Virus record (IMG/VR): IMGVR_UViG_3300033388_007403
Length of the DNA: 20,000 nt
DNA from: an uncultured virus (IMG/VR IMGVR_UViG_3300033388_007403)
Lineage: Duplodnaviria > Heunggongvirae > Uroviricota > Caudoviricetes
Reading direction: 5' to 3' (one strand)
Each line of letters begins with the position of its first letter. Within the stretch, counting starts at the first letter, position 1. Shown here piece after piece: positions 11,504-20,000 of this stretch. The position numbers were made by a program, and so were the translations under genes. Under the pieces are notes generated by a model. That model made no database searches. It was not told where the DNA came from and worked only from the letters and a program-made list of their open reading frames with translations.

Positions 11504-12274
11504 TTATTTCCGAGAAAAAGAAAATCTCCCATGACTTTTCTTCCACTTCCTATCACTATTCCTACAAGAAGATACACAAATTACACCACTATCAGTGTGT
11601 TCCCATGTTGTCCTAAAAGAAGATCCAGTTCTACCATATCTGTTCTTAATGCCTACTCTTATAACAAATAATCCATCTGTCTGATGCTTCTCTATATTCA
11701 GTGCTACATCCACTAAATGTGGTAAGGCTGAACTACCCTTAATAGTACCATTCTGGTTCAACTGACCAAGAAGAATTACATGAGATCCTACATCTCTGCA
11801 TATATCTCTGAACTCATCTATAATACTCTCAATAATAGCGGCAGTTCCACTCTTGAACTCTTTAATCATATTAACACTATCAACTACTACTATATCAGGT
11901 TTATCAACATAAATGTCTTTCTTTATATCAGATAAGTGCCTACTATCACTCAACCTGAATCTATCAAATTTTATCTTCTGAGCAAAAGTACCAAGATCAG
12001 ACTCAGCTTGGAAATAGAGAATTTTCATACCTCTACTAGCCATTGCATTACATACAGCAATTGCTGTTCTAGTCTTTCCAGCTCCACTTTCTCCAGCCCA
12101 CAAAGAAATAGCTTTCATAGGAAGACCCCATGATACCTTATCAGTGCTACTCATCAACTTAATAAACTCTTCAGAACTACCATAGAGCCAATTCAGTTCC
12201 TCAGATCCAGTATCAATTCTTGTCACTGGAATAATATCAATTTCTTTTCTATTATAAGTTGCCATAATCATCAT
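11504..12274 (-). CDS. radA: RadA/Sms-like RecA-family ATPase (core only)
   Basis: Walker A GESGAGKT; Walker B IVVVDS; IKGSSALPHLVD; KNRYG (RadA KNRFG signature); lacks the N-terminal Zn finger and the C-terminal Lon-like domain. Confidence 0.82.
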   Translation of the reverse strand: MMIMATYNRKEIDIIPVTRIDTGSEELNWLYGSSEEFIKLMSSTDKVSWGLPMKAISLWAGESGAGKTRTAIAVCNAMASRGMKILYFQAESDLGTFAQKIKFDRFRLSDSRHLSDIKKDIYVDKPDIVVVDSVNMIKEFKSGTAAIIESIIDEFRDICRDVGSHVILLGQLNQNGTIKGSSALPHLVDVALNIEKHQTDGLFVIRVGIKNRYGRTGSSFRTTWEHTDSGVICVSSCRNSDRKWKKSHGRFSFSRK

Positions 12275-12398
12275 TCCTTTCTAACATATAAGAATGGAAA
12301 TTTTCCACTCTGGCGAATGAGTGAATATGGCAATTTGCCAAAGTAAAAAAAATTTATACTCATATACTCTATCCAATTAAATTGGATTAAAAAAAATT

Positions 12399-12438
12399 CA
12401 CTCTGGCGGATCAACAAATATGACCAACCGCCAGAGTA
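12399..12438. repeat. inverted pair of the dispersed ACTCTGGCG motif
   Basis: ACTCTGGCGG ... CCGCCAGAGT; the motif is also at ~93, 1068, 4821, 5770, 10490, 12307 and 18991. Confidence 0.8.
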
Positions 12439-12912
12439 AAAAAAATTAAAATAATAAGATTTTTTCTTATTCTATATAAAAGATGATTTATGTCATGAAT
12501 CTAAGGCGCGTCGAGAAATCTCTTTTTGTAAACTTAGATGAAGTAATTGTTGAACTTGAAATAGACTTTAAATATACCTTTGCACAGTGCTATATAATTG
12601 GAAAAAGTCCAATAAGAATTATACCTTATTACTCTTCTCTCTCTCTTCTTTTTCTTCTTTAATCTGCTTTATAACATACTTTATATCAAGATATGACATT
12701 ACTATAAAAGCTATTATGACCAGTATTAATACTATCTCTATTATCATAATAATCTTTCTTTAAATAAGATTTTATTTTATTATTTTTTATACTAATATCT
12801 TAGTACTGATAACCCTCAATTTCAGTGCTATAATGGATATTGATAGTTGAAATCACATTCTGATCTTCATTTAGTGCTACATTGCATTTTATTCTCTTAT
12901 CCCTGGTTCTAT

Positions 12913-13164
12913 TTAGCATGGGTTATCATACTCACTTTGAGAAGGATTTTGTGGATATAGTGGATTTTGCATCTCATCCATTCTCTCTCTAAGTTCTCTA
13001 TGTAGTGTTTCATTTCTTATATTACTTATTGATATCCATACTAGAACTGTTAATAGATGTCCTTCACTTGTTTCACTTGTTTCACTTATTCCATTTGTTC
13101 TATCTATTATACTTCCTATTAATAATATAGAGAATATTATTAAGCATATTAGCGACAATCTCAT
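12913..13164 (-). CDS. membrane or secreted hypothetical protein
   Basis: Hydrophobic N-terminus; SETSETSE repeat. Confidence 0.55.
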   Translation of the reverse strand: MRLSLICLIIFSILLIGSIIDRTNGISETSETSEGHLLTVLVWISISNIRNETLHRELRERMDEMQNPLYPQNPSQSEYDNPC

Positions 13165-13411
13165 TTATAGTATATATTGTGTTTCTTTAGTCATTTATTT
13201 CTTCTCTTTATATGTAATTATAATTCTTTTAATCTTCTTTTTTTAATGCTGGTAGGAAAACCTTTTTATACCATATACTTCTACGAAAGTTCTTTGCAAG
13301 TATCTTATGTTCTCTATTACAATACTTCTTTGCATGGTGCTATGCTTCAAACTCTTTTCCACCCCATTTACAGTACTTATAATACATTTTATTCATATTG
13401 TCTTTTTTTTG

Positions 13412-13762
13412 GTAAGGTTTATTATTTGTCCCAAAATTTTCTTTAATCTAGGTCTATCAGTTCAAATCTTGTTGTTTCTTTCACTTTTATGTTCAGAGTC
13501 ATACTTTTATTAACATTTATTCTTTCTGCGAAGAGTCCTGGACAGATATTAAATTCTGATTTACACTTATCACACATTATATTAACTGATACTCCTCCAT
13601 GTGGTCCTTCTAGGAACTTTTTTGTTCCACAGTCTGGGCATATTCCTTTTAATAATGTTTTTTCTTCTTTAGTTGTAAGTTTTGTTTTCATACTTAGTTC
13701 ATTTTTTAGTGTCATAATCATCTTTCTTTGTAAGGTTTATTATTTGTCCCAAAATTTTCTTT
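13412..13762. repeat. 33-bp direct repeats (13412-13444 and 13730-13762) flanking an ORF
   Basis: GTAAGGTTTATTATTTGTCCCAAAATTTTCTTT occurs twice. Confidence 0.9.
13443..13721 (-). CDS. Zn-ribbon hypothetical protein
   Basis: CPDC...EGPHGG...CDKC. Confidence 0.75.
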   Translation of the reverse strand: MIMTLKNELSMKTKLTTKEEKTLLKGICPDCGTKKFLEGPHGGVSVNIMCDKCKSEFNICPGLFAERINVNKSMTLNIKVKETTRFELIDLD

Positions 13763-14193
13763 TGTTCATCTTTTATCATTATTTCTTTAACTGTTGTTGA
13801 TCTTCCATCTCCTATATTGTATTCTTCATATAGTTGTTTTGCCACATCTATATAATATTGTCTGGAGCTTTCCCAATACTGTTTTTTTTGTTCTTCTGGT
13901 GACAATGGTAGTTCTTCTCCTCTCATTATTCTTATTTTTTGAAATATTTTTGCTATTTTCCCATCCCCCCAAAAGAGGAGTGAGCAGATACAATGTGTAT
14001 CAAAATATATATCTCTGATTTCCCAATTCATTCCTAATGGTAGTTTCAATCTATCAGGATGTTTAGTAGCAGCCGCTCTGGCCTCTAAAAATATTGTATA
14101 TAGTATAAGAGGAATTGCTATAATTCTTCTTATTATACATCCAATAATTTTTCCTATAAAACAAACAATTTTACCTATAAATTCTAATATCAT
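13699..14193 (-). CDS. hypothetical protein, hydrophobic N-terminus
   Basis: 164-aa ORF. Confidence 0.65.
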   Translation of the reverse strand: MILEFIGKIVCFIGKIIGCIIRRIIAIPLILYTIFLEARAAATKHPDRLKLPLGMNWEIRDIYFDTHCICSLLFWGDGKIAKIFQKIRIMRGEELPLSPEEQKKQYWESSRQYYIDVAKQLYEEYNIGDGRSTTVKEIMIKDEQKKILGQIINLTKKDDYDTKK

Positions 14194-14286
14194 TATTCTC
14201 TTTTTTAATAGTTCTATAGCATATACTAATCCTTCTTCTTTATATTCATTCTTACTGCGATTTCAGTATCTCTATCTATACTCATT

Positions 14287-14817
14287 TTATTCTCTACTAA
14301 TATCTATTTCTTTATAGTCATTTAGTTTATTACTACTATCATTATTACTGAGACACCTTATATACCTTCCCATTTGATTATTTTCTGCTTTAAACAGTTC
14401 TCTATTAGTCACAATAGCGGGAATATTAGTAAGGTTGGTAAATTCAGCGAAATCTGCAGTAGTTGATACTTGAACAACGACATTATTATGTGCAGTTGCT
14501 TCTGTTCCATATTTAAGAGTAACAGAGAATATCCTATATTCTTCTTCTAGATCAACAACTACACTTTGTGCAACTGGCCCTAAATCTACAGAATTAGTAC
14601 CTAGAGCGATCTTTTGTTCTGATGTTGTAGCGGGATAATCTTGATAAATAAGAGTCTCAAGATCGATAGATTCTTTAGGTGTTCCAGGATATATAGAGAC
14701 AATTGCTGGAGGTACAACATCTCCTCCAGCTGCTTTTATTTTATTCCCTGTATTCCCAAAGTATATCAAACTTGCTACAAACATTACTATTCCTATCATC
14801 AATACAATATTCTTCAT
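14287..14817 (-). CDS. secreted or membrane-anchored protein with a discoidin/F5-8-type-C-like domain
   Basis: Signal-like N-terminus; VVVDL...VVVQVSTTADF...GRYIR...EIDI pattern. Confidence 0.6.
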   Translation of the reverse strand: MKNIVLMIGIVMFVASLIYFGNTGNKIKAAGGDVVPPAIVSIYPGTPKESIDLETLIYQDYPATTSEQKIALGTNSVDLGPVAQSVVVDLEEEYRIFSVTLKYGTEATAHNNVVVQVSTTADFAEFTNLTNIPAIVTNRELFKAENNQMGRYIRCLSNNDSSNKLNDYKEIDISRE

Positions 14818-15045
14818 TTTTATTCTCCATTTGGTAATATCAATTCTGCTTCTACCAGTTCTATATCAACAATCTAGGATATTATTCCTCTTATACTATT
14901 TTTTGCTCTTTTAAAAGCTCTATCTGCTGAAGGTCTATTTACTTGTATACTTGCTTTTGTTTTATTCTCTCAGCTTTGTCACCTATTAAAGTAGCATATG
15001 CCGTATCATCATCAATATGAGTTATAAAACCTTCAAACTCTTCAA

Positions 15046-15405
15046 TCATTTTTTGTCCTTATATTTAGCATGAAGTTTGAGATACTGAGCATATTCTCTT
15101 TCTTCTTTTTTGATTGCTCTTGTCATTGCCGCTTTTCTCGCTGAAATTACTCTCTTCTTATTAGATTCTATTCTCTTAGCAAATTCATCATCGGTTTCGA
15201 GTCTTGTTCCATAGATGTAGTAAATATCATATCTATCTAAGTGATATCCGCACTCTACTTCTTTTTCTATGTCGAATTTGAAGAAACCATCTTTCTTATG
15301 ATTATTCATAATAGTTCGCAGACGGGTGATAACGATCTCAACATCTCCCTCAAAATCTAATAAGTCACGTTTTTTTCTAATTTCTTTTCTCTCATTTTTT
15401 TTCAT
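15046..15405 (-). CDS. hypothetical protein
   Basis: 119-aa ORF; GGAG RBS. Confidence 0.7.
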   Translation of the reverse strand: MKKNERKEIRKKRDLLDFEGDVEIVITRLRTIMNNHKKDGFFKFDIEKEVECGYHLDRYDIYYIYGTRLETDDEFAKRIESNKKRVISARKAAMTRAIKKEEREYAQYLKLHAKYKDKK

Positions 15406-15665
15406 TTTATATCTCCATCAGTTCAAATCTTGATATTTCTGGCAATAGTGCTATTACTGGTAGTTTAGCAACTGCTGGCAATGGATGAGCAAATACTTTT
15501 TCTGCAAATTGCAGTTGCAAAACTAATTCTTGATCTATCTCTTCTAAGCAAAGTTCTATTACCTATTTTGGTCTAATATGTATCATTCTTACAGATCCAG
15601 CAAGTGTAATTATATGTCCTACTATCAAAGGTTCATCAGTAAGATTCTCTATTCTTATTATCGCT

Positions 15666-16001
15666 TTACTCTTCATCCGTACAATCTTTCATAAACTCTT
15701 CAAATTTCGCATCATAGACGAAACCTGCATCTGTCAATTTGTCTTGTATTTCTTCTCTTGTGAGTTGTTCAACATCTACCATTGTGAGTCCATTATATTT
15801 TTGTTTAAGTAGTTTAAATACTGCATCCATTTCCTCTCCGAAGCCAAGATTCCCTAATACTTCAAGTTCTGCTTGATTGGTATAATCACTACAACATCTT
15901 TCTTCTTTCCATACTTTTGCATCACTCACATATAGACATAGTTCTCTACTTTCGCCATCATAAGTCTCTACTGTACCAAAACCAAATACGCTATTGATCA
16001 T
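15666..16001 (-). CDS. acidic hypothetical protein
   Basis: 111-aa ORF; AAGGA RBS. Confidence 0.7.
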   Translation of the reverse strand: MINSVFGFGTVETYDGESRELCLYVSDAKVWKEERCCSDYTNQAELEVLGNLGFGEEMDAVFKLLKQKYNGLTMVDVEQLTREEIQDKLTDAGFVYDAKFEEFMKDCTDEE

Positions 16002-16064
16002 TTTTTATTCCTTTTCTCTTAGATTCATTATTTACAGTATTATATTACATTTGTCAAGTGCTTT

Positions 16065-16691
16065 TTAATTTTGTCTTCCACCAAATCCATATCTCGGTTT
16101 TTCTTTTCCGTATCTCTTTCTTAGATATTCCTCTCTCTTTTTCTTTTTTTCGCTTTCTTCGATTCTCATTCTTTCTTCTATTTTCATTCTTCTTATTTCT
16201 TCCGGAGTTTTTCCTTCATATTTTTTTCTATATACTTCTTTAATATACTCATTTATTTGACGAACCATATCAGAATGGTCATAAGGCTCTGCTGGATTAG
16301 GAGGAACAAACACGAAACTCTCTGGTTTTGGTTTTGGTACAACTGGTTTTGGTTTTGATACAACTGGTTTTGGTGCTGGCTCTACTACTTCTGTAATTAG
16401 ATAATTTGGTTCTTTTGAGCTATAATAAGAAGAGTAATCATTTTTAGCAGTATCATCAAAAAAGTTATCTTTAATATATTCATAACCAAAAAAACATCCC
16501 ACTGACATAAGTGTCAGGAGCAACAAAGACATAAAAGGCGATTTTGGAAACATTCTAATAGCTTTTACAAACATAAACAATATCAAAATTACTGCTATAA
16601 TTATAAAATCTATAAGAATACCGATCATAAATACGACCACTATTGCAGTAATAAATTCCATAATATCTTCCATTCCTGGACCTCTATTCAT
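16065..16691 (-). CDS. membrane protein with a Pro-rich (PKPVV) linker
   Basis: Two hydrophobic segments; tandem PKPVV repeats; charged tail. Confidence 0.7.
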   Translation of the reverse strand: MNRGPGMEDIMEFITAIVVVFMIGILIDFIIIAVILILFMFVKAIRMFPKSPFMSLLLLTLMSVGCFFGYEYIKDNFFDDTAKNDYSSYYSSKEPNYLITEVVEPAPKPVVSKPKPVVPKPKPESFVFVPPNPAEPYDHSDMVRQINEYIKEVYRKKYEGKTPEEIRRMKIEERMRIEESEKKKKREEYLRKRYGKEKPRYGFGGRQN

Positions 16692-17092
16692 TATTTATTC
16701 TCCACTATTGATATCCCATTTTCAATTATCACGATCCAGTCACTATTTTTTACTCTTTGACAAAAGCTTTCTGAAACATACAATTTACGTGTTCTATACT
16801 TTTTATCTCCCTCTTCTTTATTCCTTATATTTACAAACCAATATTCATCATTAGTTATTGGTACATAAGTATATGTAGTTATTGATGTTTTCCCTACCAT
16901 TATAGTATTAGGAATTGGCATCATTGTAGTTGTTTCTGGTTGATATCCTTTAGAATAGACTTCTCCTTCTGTAATTTTTTTCTTTCCGCAACCACCACAG
17001 ATTATTATAGTAAAAAATACCGATATTAAAAGGATTATTTCGAAGGTTACTAATACTTTTAAGGGTATTTTCTTCATTTTATTCTTCCTCAA
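16691..17092 (-). CDS. putative lipoprotein or membrane protein
   Basis: Hydrophobic signal followed by ICGGCG. Confidence 0.65.
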   Translation of the reverse strand: MRKNKMKKIPLKVLVTFEIILLISVFFTIIICGGCGKKKITEGEVYSKGYQPETTTMMPIPNTIMVGKTSITTYTYVPITNDEYWFVNIRNKEEGDKKYRTRKLYVSESFCQRVKNSDWIVIIENGISIVENK

Positions 17093-17375
17093 TCATATCT
17101 ATAAATGTTATTATTGCGAAGTCCAATACTTCTTTAGTTTCTAACCAGATATTAAGACGATCTTTTGCTCTTTCTTTTTTACTCTCTACATGGTATGGAT
17201 TTGTTGTTCCGAATGTTCCTACACCATTATCCTTATTTCCTTCTTCCCACAAATTATGTCCAGTTTTTGCAGCGGCAATTTCAGAAGCAGCCCTGATATA
17301 TTCCGTTTGTGTATATGTAACTTCTCTATTAAGAGTGTCAATGATATATTTTATTTTTTCTTTCTTTGTCATCAT
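17079..17375 (-). CDS. hypothetical protein
   Basis: 98-aa ORF in the operon. Confidence 0.65.
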   Translation of the reverse strand: MMTKKEKIKYIIDTLNREVTYTQTEYIRAASEIAAAKTGHNLWEEGNKDNGVGTFGTTNPYHVESKKERAKDRLNIWLETKEVLDFAIITFIDMIEEE

Positions 17376-17439
17376 TTTTGACTCACAATCAAATATTCTA
17401 TTTTTATTTGCAGGTTATTTGCCGTTAAATTTGCCGGTT

Positions 17440-17928
17440 TTAATTTATACTTTCACCGAGTATTTTCACTTCCACAATTTTTTCTTTTGCTTCTTCATAT
17501 CTGTCATGATTTGGCACAATAACTTCGTAGAACCAGCTATCTCCATTATCATATTTTATCCATTTAACTTTAGCCTGATATCCATATCTTCTTAGTATTG
17601 AATTATCAGGATACACTTTTGCTGCGTTTATTGATTTCTCTCCTATTGCACCAACATTTATCATTTTTTCATTTGGAAGAATAGCAATTTGTTTAGAAAC
17701 TCCATTACCGATATCCATTTTAACAATTCTATAAAAAGTTTCTCTATTAGGGTCTTGTACCGATGGTTGATTTGTCCACACTTGATGCAGTAAAATTCCG
17801 AATATTATCCATATAAAAAGTCCTGTACCGATAATCCCTAAAGAATTTTCATTAGCCCCGCAACGTATAACCAATACACCTATTATAAGTAGAAAGATCA
17901 TAACTATAATTAAAAATACAATACTCAT
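17440..17928 (-). CDS. membrane protein (two N-terminal TM segments)
   Basis: 162-aa ORF. Confidence 0.7.
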   Translation of the reverse strand: MSIVFLIIVMIFLLIIGVLVIRCGANENSLGIIGTGLFIWIIFGILLHQVWTNQPSVQDPNRETFYRIVKMDIGNGVSKQIAILPNEKMINVGAIGEKSINAAKVYPDNSILRRYGYQAKVKWIKYDNGDSWFYEVIVPNHDRYEEAKEKIVEVKILGESIN

Positions 17929-18238
17929 GATTCATTCCCTTCACATATAAATTTGTTTCTCTTCTTTTTGACTCCGCATCTTGTACATTTTTTCCCATTA
18001 AATCCACCATATTTACAACACACTGGACAAATGAGATCTTTTATTTCTTTGTTATTCTCCATCATTTTCCCCCCATTACAATATCAGTCATATATGGCAA
18101 GCCATGATCAGTTACAAGTCTCCTTACAACATCACATTTAAATTCAATGTTCAGGAACAAAGCATCCCTTGCTCTTTCTTCTGGTGTTATATTCTCAATT
18201 TCTGTTTTTAATTCATCCCAATTCATAATTACTCCATT

Positions 18239-18448
18239 TCAATATCTACACAAATCTTCTAACACTTTACAGGCAGCACAAATATTTTTTCCATCATTAT
18301 TAGGCATTACCATTCTTCTTTTCTTACAGGTTTTACACCATCCACGCTTAGCACCACTATTTTTGAAACAACTTTTTCCATTACGTTTAATTGTATGCTG
18401 AGTCTCTCCATTTACAAGGCAATCCGCAACTGTATAATAATCACTCAT
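18239..18448 (-). CDS. small Cys-rich hypothetical protein
   Basis: CKTC...CAAC; TAATG coupling with the upstream ORF. Confidence 0.6.
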   Translation of the reverse strand: MSDYYTVADCLVNGETQHTIKRNGKSCFKNSGAKRGWCKTCKKRRMVMPNNDGKNICAACKVLEDLCRY

Positions 18449-18729
18449 TAAAATCCCTCTACAGCATCATCTACTGCCGCACATACTGTGCTTTTTACTG
18501 CATCGATAAATCTTCTATCTGATTCTGTTTTTGCCTTTTTCTGGAATGTTTCATCAGCTTGTAAGAGCCAAGCTACAATAGCGGATATACGAGTATAGTA
18601 ATTATCCTCTGTATATTCTTCTTCACAAGAATTAAGAATAGCCTTAAAGACTAAATACTTATCACAATTACCTTGTGCAAAAGCCTTGTCTATCCATTTT
18701 TCCAATATTCTTTTTCGTATCATATTCAT
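18448..18729 (-). CDS. hypothetical protein
   Basis: 93-aa ORF; AGGAG RBS. Confidence 0.7.
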   Translation of the reverse strand: MNMIRKRILEKWIDKAFAQGNCDKYLVFKAILNSCEEEYTEDNYYTRISAIVAWLLQADETFQKKAKTESDRRFIDAVKSTVCAAVDDAVEGF

Positions 18730-19001
18730 GTCACATCTCCTGTTATTTCATTCTCATCAATACTGCGTAGATTTGATTTCCCTTGTCACATAATCAAGAG
18801 ACTCAGCTACCATAGCACCTGCTTTTTCTATTGCTTTTGCTTGTATCAATGCTGCTAAAATAACATCTTATCCAAGCAAACCCGAACTTGATTTCTGTGC
18901 TTGCTTACAAAGTTCATCCAATTCTGATTTCTTCATTCTTCTTTCCTTTCAAAAATTATCATTTATATAACATAAATAATAATTTTTTTCACTCTGGCGG
19001 A

Positions 19002-19451
19002 TCACTTTTCAAAATACTCATCACCTTCTACAAAATCAAATCCTCTTGTAATTATCACTATATCTCCATATTCATCACCTATATCTGTTATGAATTTTTT
19101 AGGTATTTTACATTCAAGAGTCAGTCCCTTGAATGATGCTTTTCTCCATCTTTCCGTAGATTTTTTCTCCAGAAATAAATGGAAGTAAGCAACATAAGTC
19201 GTTTCCCCTTCAGGGCTTACAGCATATTCTGTTTTAGAAACATCTGTTGTCTTTTTAATTCTATTCTCTTTTTCAAAAAAGACATTATGTCCTAAATTTT
19301 GAAATGGTGGAACAATTTTTTCTTCTCCATCTTCCCATCTTTTTATACTCTTTCTTTCAACTTTCACAAATTTATAAGCAGTTATTTCATCTGGTTGCGT
19401 TTTCAGCCATTCGATTCTTTTTTCTCTAGACCATACGGTACTAAGACACAT
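19002..19451 (-). CDS. hypothetical phage protein
   Basis: 149-aa ORF; GGAG RBS. Confidence 0.7.
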   Translation of the reverse strand: MCLSTVWSREKRIEWLKTQPDEITAYKFVKVERKSIKRWEDGEEKIVPPFQNLGHNVFFEKENRIKKTTDVSKTEYAVSPEGETTYVAYFHLFLEKKSTERWRKASFKGLTLECKIPKKFITDIGDEYGDIVIITRGFDFVEGDEYFEK

Positions 19452-19571
19452 TATATCTCCATTAAATTTAACAATTCTCTTTCATGTTTTTTTATCAATC
19501 TATTTATAATTATATCCAGTTCTTCTGATTTCTCTTGTTCTGATATTCTCACTAACACTTCTATTATACCT

Positions 19572-19862
19572 TTATGATTCATTATTTATCATCGTCATAA
19601 TTTCATCCATCAATTCCCTGATCGATTTAGGTTTAGTAGTTCTTTTTGGTTCTGTTGGATAGTATTTACCTATAAGCCATCCAAATATACCACTCCATAT
19701 AAGAACTACAAGAACAACAAAACTCAACAGTAGAAATGACGAAAGAGTTGTTATAATAATTCTAGATATAACAAAAAAAATTACAAAGATAACAAAGATA
19801 CATGCTATCATTGCTGGTACTGATCTAAGTTTATTCATCCATTTCATTGTCATTCTTTCCAA
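19572..19862 (-). CDS. membrane hypothetical protein
   Basis: Two hydrophobic segments. Confidence 0.6.
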   Translation of the reverse strand: MERMTMKWMNKLRSVPAMIACIFVIFVIFFVISRIIITTLSSFLLLSFVVLVVLIWSGIFGWLIGKYYPTEPKRTTKPKSIRELMDEIMTMINNES

Positions 19863-20000
19863 AAACTTCTTCTCTTCTTTTTTCTATTATTAACAAATAT
19901 GGCTTGTTGTGTGCTTGTATCCTTCCTAATCGCTCAGACTCACTAAGAAAAGTAAATGTTGGAATATCTGTTTTTCCGTCCCAGGTGTAATTGGCATAAG

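Noticed and set aside
15408..15660. In-frame TAG in an otherwise open frame, hinting at stop-codon reassignment
   Set aside because: It is a single case. The ORF at 8798 ends in TAG exactly where its paralog ends in TAA, and no CTA-anticodon tRNA was found. A pseudogene is more likely.
16029..16057. TTGACA promoter upstream of ORF 15666-16001
   Set aside because: The -35 is perfect but the -10 at 17 nt (TAAATA) is weak, so it was not listed as a feature.
16322..16378. Tandem DNA repeats
   Set aside because: Explained by the PKPVV linker of the membrane protein.
13177..19577. Plus-strand Phe/Leu/Ile-rich ORFs
   Set aside because: Antisense shadows of A-rich minus-strand genes.

Overview
AT-rich window, almost entirely transcribed on the minus strand, most consistent with a large (jumbo/huge) bacteriophage genome; this is inferred from gene content. 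Positions ~105-10480 form a large RNA-gene array of about 35 tRNA genes covering all 20 amino acids, none with an encoded CCA. The array is interleaved with intact and decayed homing-endonuclease-like genes (HNH, LAGLIDADG-like, Vsr/DUF559-like) and many structured non-tRNA elements. The most notable element is a six-member ncRNA family sharing GGTTGA-N9-GTTATC...GTATC termini with covarying stems. Two members carry a clear circularly permuted tRNA module (T arm, closed acceptor stem, D arm) and a third a reduced one, which resembles YrlA/Y RNAs with interchangeable distal modules. Other oddities: a tRNA(CAT) split by an endonuclease cassette that carries its own replacement tRNA(CAT), a tRNA-Val embedded in frame inside an endonuclease ORF, a tRNA-Ile with a 53-nt anticodon intron, a type II tRNA with a Lys anticodon, a recurrent TAAAGR-N16-TCGAA promoter-like motif, and a dispersed ACTCTGGCG repeat. 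Positions 10.5-20 kb hold a RadA/Sms-like ATPase, a motif-rich intergenic region and small hypothetical or membrane proteins.
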